Source: Candidatus Omnitrophota bacterium (GTDB lineage Bacteria; Omnitrophota; Gorgyraeia; B26-G9). From it: a DNA stretch of 64,000 bases. The stretch covers positions 67,317 to 131,316 of the forward strand of contig JBDRPX010000015.1 of the NCBI GenBank assembly GCA_043826565.1, given 5' to 3'. Below the pieces are notes generated by a model. That model was not told the origin of the DNA, ran no database searches, and saw only the letters and a program-made list of their open reading frames with translations. Below are positions 60,039-64,000 of the stretch, piece by piece; the stretch's first letter is position 1, and every line of letters starts with the position of its first letter. The position numbers were made by a program, and so were the translations under genes.

Positions 60039-60932
60039 ATGCCTGAAGAGAAATTAAAATTTCTGATTGTTGAAGACAACTTAGCTGACCGGGAAAAAAT
60101 AGCCTCAATGGTGCAGAGTTTTGGGTCTAAATGCGCTTTTGCTTCTAAATCCCGGGAGATCGCGGAGATTCTTAAAAAAGAAGAATACGCGCTGGTTTTG
60201 ACGGCATTGACTTTACCTGACGGAAACGCGGTAAATGTTACCAGGCAGGCTTTGGAGATATATCCGTCAATAAGTGTTATTGTCATGACCTCTTATTATT
60301 ATATTGAGGAAGCGATCCGGGCCATGGCCATCGGTGCGTACGGGTATATAACCAAACCTTTTAACCGGGTAGAGGTGGAAGTTGTCCTGGCCCGGGCCAT
60401 AGAAAGATATTATATTTTAGCCGGCGAAGATAGAAAAAAACACTATATGCAGCTTTCGGTTAAAGACGGCCTTACCGGGATTTATAACCGCAGATTCCTA
60501 GACCTTCATCTAAATCATAAAATAGACAGCCTGAAAAACGAGATAACCAAAAAGTTTTCCGTAATGATGGTTGATATTGATGATTTTAAGAAATTCAATG
60601 ATACTCAGGGACATCAGGCCGGAGATAAATTGTTGTGCGGGGTAACTGATATATTTAAAGATTCTTTGCGATTTTCTACAAATGACGTTATTTGCCGCTA
60701 TGGCGGAGAAGAGTTTTGCCTTGTTCTGGATAAAGCTGATAAAAAATCGGCGGCCTTAATCGCGGAAAGAGTAAGAGAAGTAGCGGAATTTTCTTTGCCG
60801 GTAACGCTGAGTATCGGGCTGGCTACTTATCCGGAAGACGGCATGAATAAAGAAAAATTGATCGCCAGCGCGGACAAGGCTTTATATAAAGCCAAAAATA
60901 CCGGTAAAAACAAGGTTGTCCTAAGCGCGTAA
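60039..60932 (+). CDS. Diguanylate cyclase, REC(pseudo)-GGEEF
   Basis: REC fold with LVLTAL at the phospho-Asp position; DGLTGIYNRR, DIDDFKKFND.GH.AGD, RYGGEEF, ADKALYKAK. Confidence 0.93.
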   Translation: MPEEKLKFLIVEDNLADREKIASMVQSFGSKCAFASKSREIAEILKKEEYALVLTALTLPDGNAVNVTRQALEIYPSISVIVMTSYYYIEEAIRAMAIGAYGYITKPFNRVEVEVVLARAIERYYILAGEDRKKHYMQLSVKDGLTGIYNRRFLDLHLNHKIDSLKNEITKKFSVMMVDIDDFKKFNDTQGHQAGDKLLCGVTDIFKDSLRFSTNDVICRYGGEEFCLVLDKADKKSAALIAERVREVAEFSLPVTLSIGLATYPEDGMNKEKLIASADKALYKAKNTGKNKVVLSA

Positions 60933-60981
60933 TCTTAAGGCGCTGCCTCTGCGGAACACTACCCTAACAACTTATTTTGTC

Positions 60982-61010
60982 TTTACTTACCATCGAAAGA
61001 ATAATATAAT
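60982..61010 (+). promoter_or_regulatory. Putative sigma70 promoter for the atp-like cluster
   Basis: TTTACT-17 bp-TATAAT, 10 bp before ATG 61021 (near-leaderless). Confidence 0.5.
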
Positions 61011-61020
61011 AAAAAATCAT

Positions 61021-61248
61021 ATGAGAGTTTCTGTTGTAGATGTAAAAGAAATCATTTTTGAGGATGATGTCGAGAGTGTTATCCTGCCCGGAAGGGACGG
61101 GGAACTCGGGGTTCTTGATTTGCACGAAGCATTTCTTTATCGGCTGAAAAAAGGGGTGTTAAAGATAAATAATTCTTTAAGTTTGCCGGTGGAAGACGGA
61201 GTTGCCAAAATGCAAAACAATAGACTTGTTATTTTAGTCGAACGCTAA
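61021..61248 (+). CDS. atpC: F-type ATPase epsilon-like subunit (N-terminal beta-sandwich only)
   Basis: VILPGRDGELGVL..HE..L..LKKG.L; 75 aa, no C-terminal helices. Confidence 0.85.
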   Translation: MRVSVVDVKEIIFEDDVESVILPGRDGELGVLDLHEAFLYRLKKGVLKINNSLSLPVEDGVAKMQNNRLVILVER

Positions 61249-61356
61249 ACTTAAAAAACTGATAATTGATAATTGAAAGTCGAATGTTGGACTGTTTTTA
61301 AATAGTTTTTCCAACTCTCAATTTTCAGTTGTCAATGTTCAATCGGTTTGAAAATT

Positions 61357-61566
61357 ATGCAGAATATTACAGTTATATTATTAATGTTATTAAGTACTTT
61401 GGGGCCGGCATTAGTAATTGCGATGGTCGGCCGCGGCGCGGTAAGGGCTGTGGCCAGGAATCCCGGGGCTTCTCCGAAAATTCTCTTAGCCATGATTACG
61501 GCTTTTATTTTCGCGGAAGCAATTGCGGTGCTGGCATTACTGGTGGTCTATAATTTATTTAAATAA
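61357..61566 (+). CDS. atpE: F0 subunit c-like proteolipid
   Basis: Hairpin with ARNP loop and FAEAI carboxylate; no GxGxGxG. Confidence 0.85.
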   Translation: MQNITVILLMLLSTLGPALVIAMVGRGAVRAVARNPGASPKILLAMITAFIFAEAIAVLALLVVYNLFK

Positions 61567-61659
61567 TTGAAAGTAGAAAGTAGATAATTGATGGTTGAGA
61601 TTTGTAAAAATGGTTGTTTTCCAATATTCAATACTCAATTTTCAATATTCTAACAGAAT

Positions 61660-62409
61660 ATGATTATTCAGCTTATTATATTTCAAATCCTTACTTTTGC
61701 CGCGATCGTGCTGTTTTTGCGGTTCTTTTTCTCGCGCAATGTCAATGCCGCGCTAAGACGCTTAAAGGAATTGCAGAATGAAAACCAGCTTATTGAAGCT
61801 AAGCTTAAAGCAATGCTTGAACAGGCGGAAAAAGAAACAGCGGAAAAATTAGAAAAAGCAAAAGCAGAGGCGAAAAAAATTACGGATGAAGCCGTAACCA
61901 TGGGCAAGATATTACAGCGGAACCAGGAAGATAAAGGTAAGATCGAAGCTGATAATATGATTAATGACGCAAAAGAAAAGGTAAAAAAACTTCACAGTGA
62001 ATTAATGTTAAGAATAAACGCGTTTGCCTTAAAATACGCGGTGGAAGTTATTAAGTATACGATTAGTAAGAGGGTAACAGACAGAGTTCATTATGAGCTT
62101 ATCAATGATGTTATTGAGGAGATCAGTAAGGTTGACAAGGAAAAATTTTCCATAAAGACCAATAAGGTGGAAATTATTACTAATATCGCGTTGACCGATG
62201 AGGAGCTTGGCAGATTAAGGGTAGTATTGTTCTCTAAGTTAGAGAACAATGTGGAAATAGATCAAAAGATCGATCCGGCGATGCTGGGAGGGATGATCCT
62301 CAGGATCGGAGCTTTTGTTATTAACGGAACCCTGGAAAATAAGTTAGAAAAAGTTGCCCAAATGTTTGAAAGGGATAAAAAGCTTATCGAAATAGAACAG
62401 CAATTATAA
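61660..62409 (+). CDS. Fused F0 b / F1 delta-like subunit
   Basis: N-terminal FQILTF TM, coiled coil, C-terminal IDPAMLGGMILRIG..VINGTL (delta C-domain). Confidence 0.85.
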   Translation: MIIQLIIFQILTFAAIVLFLRFFFSRNVNAALRRLKELQNENQLIEAKLKAMLEQAEKETAEKLEKAKAEAKKITDEAVTMGKILQRNQEDKGKIEADNMINDAKEKVKKLHSELMLRINAFALKYAVEVIKYTISKRVTDRVHYELINDVIEEISKVDKEKFSIKTNKVEIITNIALTDEELGRLRVVLFSKLENNVEIDQKIDPAMLGGMILRIGAFVINGTLENKLEKVAQMFERDKKLIEIEQQL

Positions 62410-62428
62410 TGCCTAATGCAATGAATTC

Positions 62429-63913
62429 ATGGAAGGAAAAATGTCGGAACATTCTATTATTCCTACATTAGAAATCAGGGAAGTCGGCAAGATCACGGAA
62501 ATTACTCAAGGGATTGTAAAGGCACAAGGCCTGCCCTCTTGTTTATACGGGCAGTTAGTTGAATTTGAAGGCGGCACCAAAGGTGTCGTCCTGGGATTTA
62601 ACCCCGAAGAAGTACTTATTATTGTTCTGGGCGATGCCAGCAAGATGAGAGTCGGAGATTATCTTAAGAGCGCTAGTGAACTTCTGTCTGTCCCGGTCGC
62701 CAAGGAGCTCTTAGGGCGAGTAGTTGATTGTTTGACCCTGCCTATTGACGGAAAAGGAGAAATTATCGCGGCAAACCAGTATCCGGTATTTAGCCAGGCC
62801 CCGGGAATTATGGACCGCGATCCGATCAATGAACAGATGGCCACAGGAATAAAAATCATTGATATGACCATTCCTATCGGTAAAGGCCAAAGGCAGTTGA
62901 TTGTTGGTGACCGGCAGACCGGCCGTTCCAGTATTGCCATAGACGCGATCATTAATCAAAGCAGTAAAGAGGTTGTTTGCGTGTATTGTTTTATCGGAGG
63001 TTCGCAATCGACTTTTGATAAGATGATCCATACTTTGGTGGAGAAAGACGCGATGCACGCGGTTATTGCGGTTTGTGCCTCAGCGGCGAGTTCTCCGGCA
63101 GAGCAGTTTATTTGTCCGTATACCGCCGCATCTATCGGCGAGTATTTTATGCATCAGGGCCGGGATGTCCTGGTTGTATTTGATGATTTAACAAAACATG
63201 CCTGGGCGTATCGCCAGATCTCTCTTTTGCTTGAGCGTTCTCCGGGAAGAGAGGCTTACCCGGGAGATATTTTCTTTATTCATTCCCAATTGCTCGAACG
63301 CGCGGCGCGTTTAAAATCAGAACTTGGCGGAGGAACAATGAGTTTTCTGCCGATCGTGGAAACCCTCCAGGGCGATATTACCGGGTTTATTCCGTCTAAT
63401 CTTGTTTCTATTACTGACGGACAGATATTTTTAAATACTAATTTATTCCGCGAAGGATTTAAGCCGGCTATTGATGTCGGGCTTTCTGTTTCGCGTTTAG
63501 GTTCTAAGGTGCAATGTCCGGCTTTGCGCAAATTAAGCGGAGGTATCCGGTTGGGATATTTGCAATACCGGGAAATGTTAAGGTTGATGCGGTTAAGGAC
63601 CGGACTTTCCGAAGAAGCGCAGCAGATCATCAGCCGCGGCCGCGTATTAGAAGAACTGTTTATCCAGGATAATTACAATCCGCTTTCTCTGACCGAGGAA
63701 GTGGTGTTGTTCTACGCTTATAAAAGAAGGATATTGGAAGCCTTGACCCCGGAAGGTGTCGGAAGATTTAAAAGAGATATATCCTATTTTTTAAATGCCG
63801 GATATCCGGAGCTTATTGAAATGATCGAAAAAGAACAGGATTTGACCGAGGCGGTTAAAATGGGGCTGGATCAGGCTTTGGTAGAATACTTTAAGCAGAT
63901 AAAGACAAAATAA
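62429..63913 (+). CDS. atpA: F1 alpha-like subunit (divergent Walker A)
   Basis: TGIKIID..IPIGKGQRQLIVGDRQTGRS, PGREAYPGD, SITDGQIFL, PAIDVGLSVSR. Confidence 0.93.
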   Translation: MEGKMSEHSIIPTLEIREVGKITEITQGIVKAQGLPSCLYGQLVEFEGGTKGVVLGFNPEEVLIIVLGDASKMRVGDYLKSASELLSVPVAKELLGRVVDCLTLPIDGKGEIIAANQYPVFSQAPGIMDRDPINEQMATGIKIIDMTIPIGKGQRQLIVGDRQTGRSSIAIDAIINQSSKEVVCVYCFIGGSQSTFDKMIHTLVEKDAMHAVIAVCASAASSPAEQFICPYTAASIGEYFMHQGRDVLVVFDDLTKHAWAYRQISLLLERSPGREAYPGDIFFIHSQLLERAARLKSELGGGTMSFLPIVETLQGDITGFIPSNLVSITDGQIFLNTNLFREGFKPAIDVGLSVSRLGSKVQCPALRKLSGGIRLGYLQYREMLRLMRLRTGLSEEAQQIISRGRVLEELFIQDNYNPLSLTEEVVLFYAYKRRILEALTPEGVGRFKRDISYFLNAGYPELIEMIEKEQDLTEAVKMGLDQALVEYFKQIKTK

Positions 63914-64000
63914 AGAAGACAAAAAATGAGAATTGAAAAATGAGAATTGAAAGTAGAAAAAAGAAAGCAGATAATCAGTAATTATTAATATCCAATTTTC

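Noticed and set aside
23-63630. Numerous short antisense or alternate-frame ORFs in the track
   Set aside because: They are shadows of well-supported genes, with no recognisable motifs or RBS.
61021-63913. Standard N-ATPase operon
   Set aside because: No atpD before atpC, no atpQ/atpR/atpB between atpC and atpE, and the c subunit lacks an obvious Na+-binding signature.
1-64000. CRISPR array, rRNA, tRNA
   Set aside because: No regularly spaced 25-45-bp repeats with unique spacers, no cas genes, and no rRNA or cloverleaf signatures seen.

Overview
Bacterial chromosome segment near the replication origin, AT-rich and diderm (Lnt, TolC, secretin). Gene content suggests a PVC/Omnitrophota-like organism, which is an inference. 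1-12.7 kb: rnpA-yidD-yidC-jag(N only)-[parS]-mnmG-HAMP protein-parA-parB-ndk, a type IV pilin, lnt, secA. 12.8-15.6 kb: two more pilins and a GT4 glycosyltransferase bracketed by ~200-bp composite inverted repeats. 15.6-32.3 kb: MarR-TolC-RND (no adaptor), an OmpR-type two-component pair, and a MoxR/vWA/Bat operon. 32.4-35.9 kb: accessory patch with an AlbA_2/HATPase protein, an intact RAYT carrying its own REPs, and trmO. 35.9-38.7 kb: dprA-comM-yraN. 38.8-64 kb is the most unusual block. It holds an ExeA ATPase, GspC-like protein, secretin and coiled-coil/TPR proteins. A promoter, c-di-GMP-I riboswitch and terminator then precede a Y1/RAYT-fold protein that has lost its catalytic Tyr and gained a membrane anchor. 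After that come a ~4,085-aa Kelch/DUF2341/LamG/13x'PNGGE' surface protein, a pseudo-receiver GGDEF cyclase, and a divergent F-type ATPase cluster (epsilon, c, b-delta, alpha with Walker A K->R) that runs off the window. Many intercistronic gaps hold palindromic repeats (7-bp-periodic arrays, GATTAC arrays, GTAG REPs). No rRNA, tRNA or CRISPR seen.
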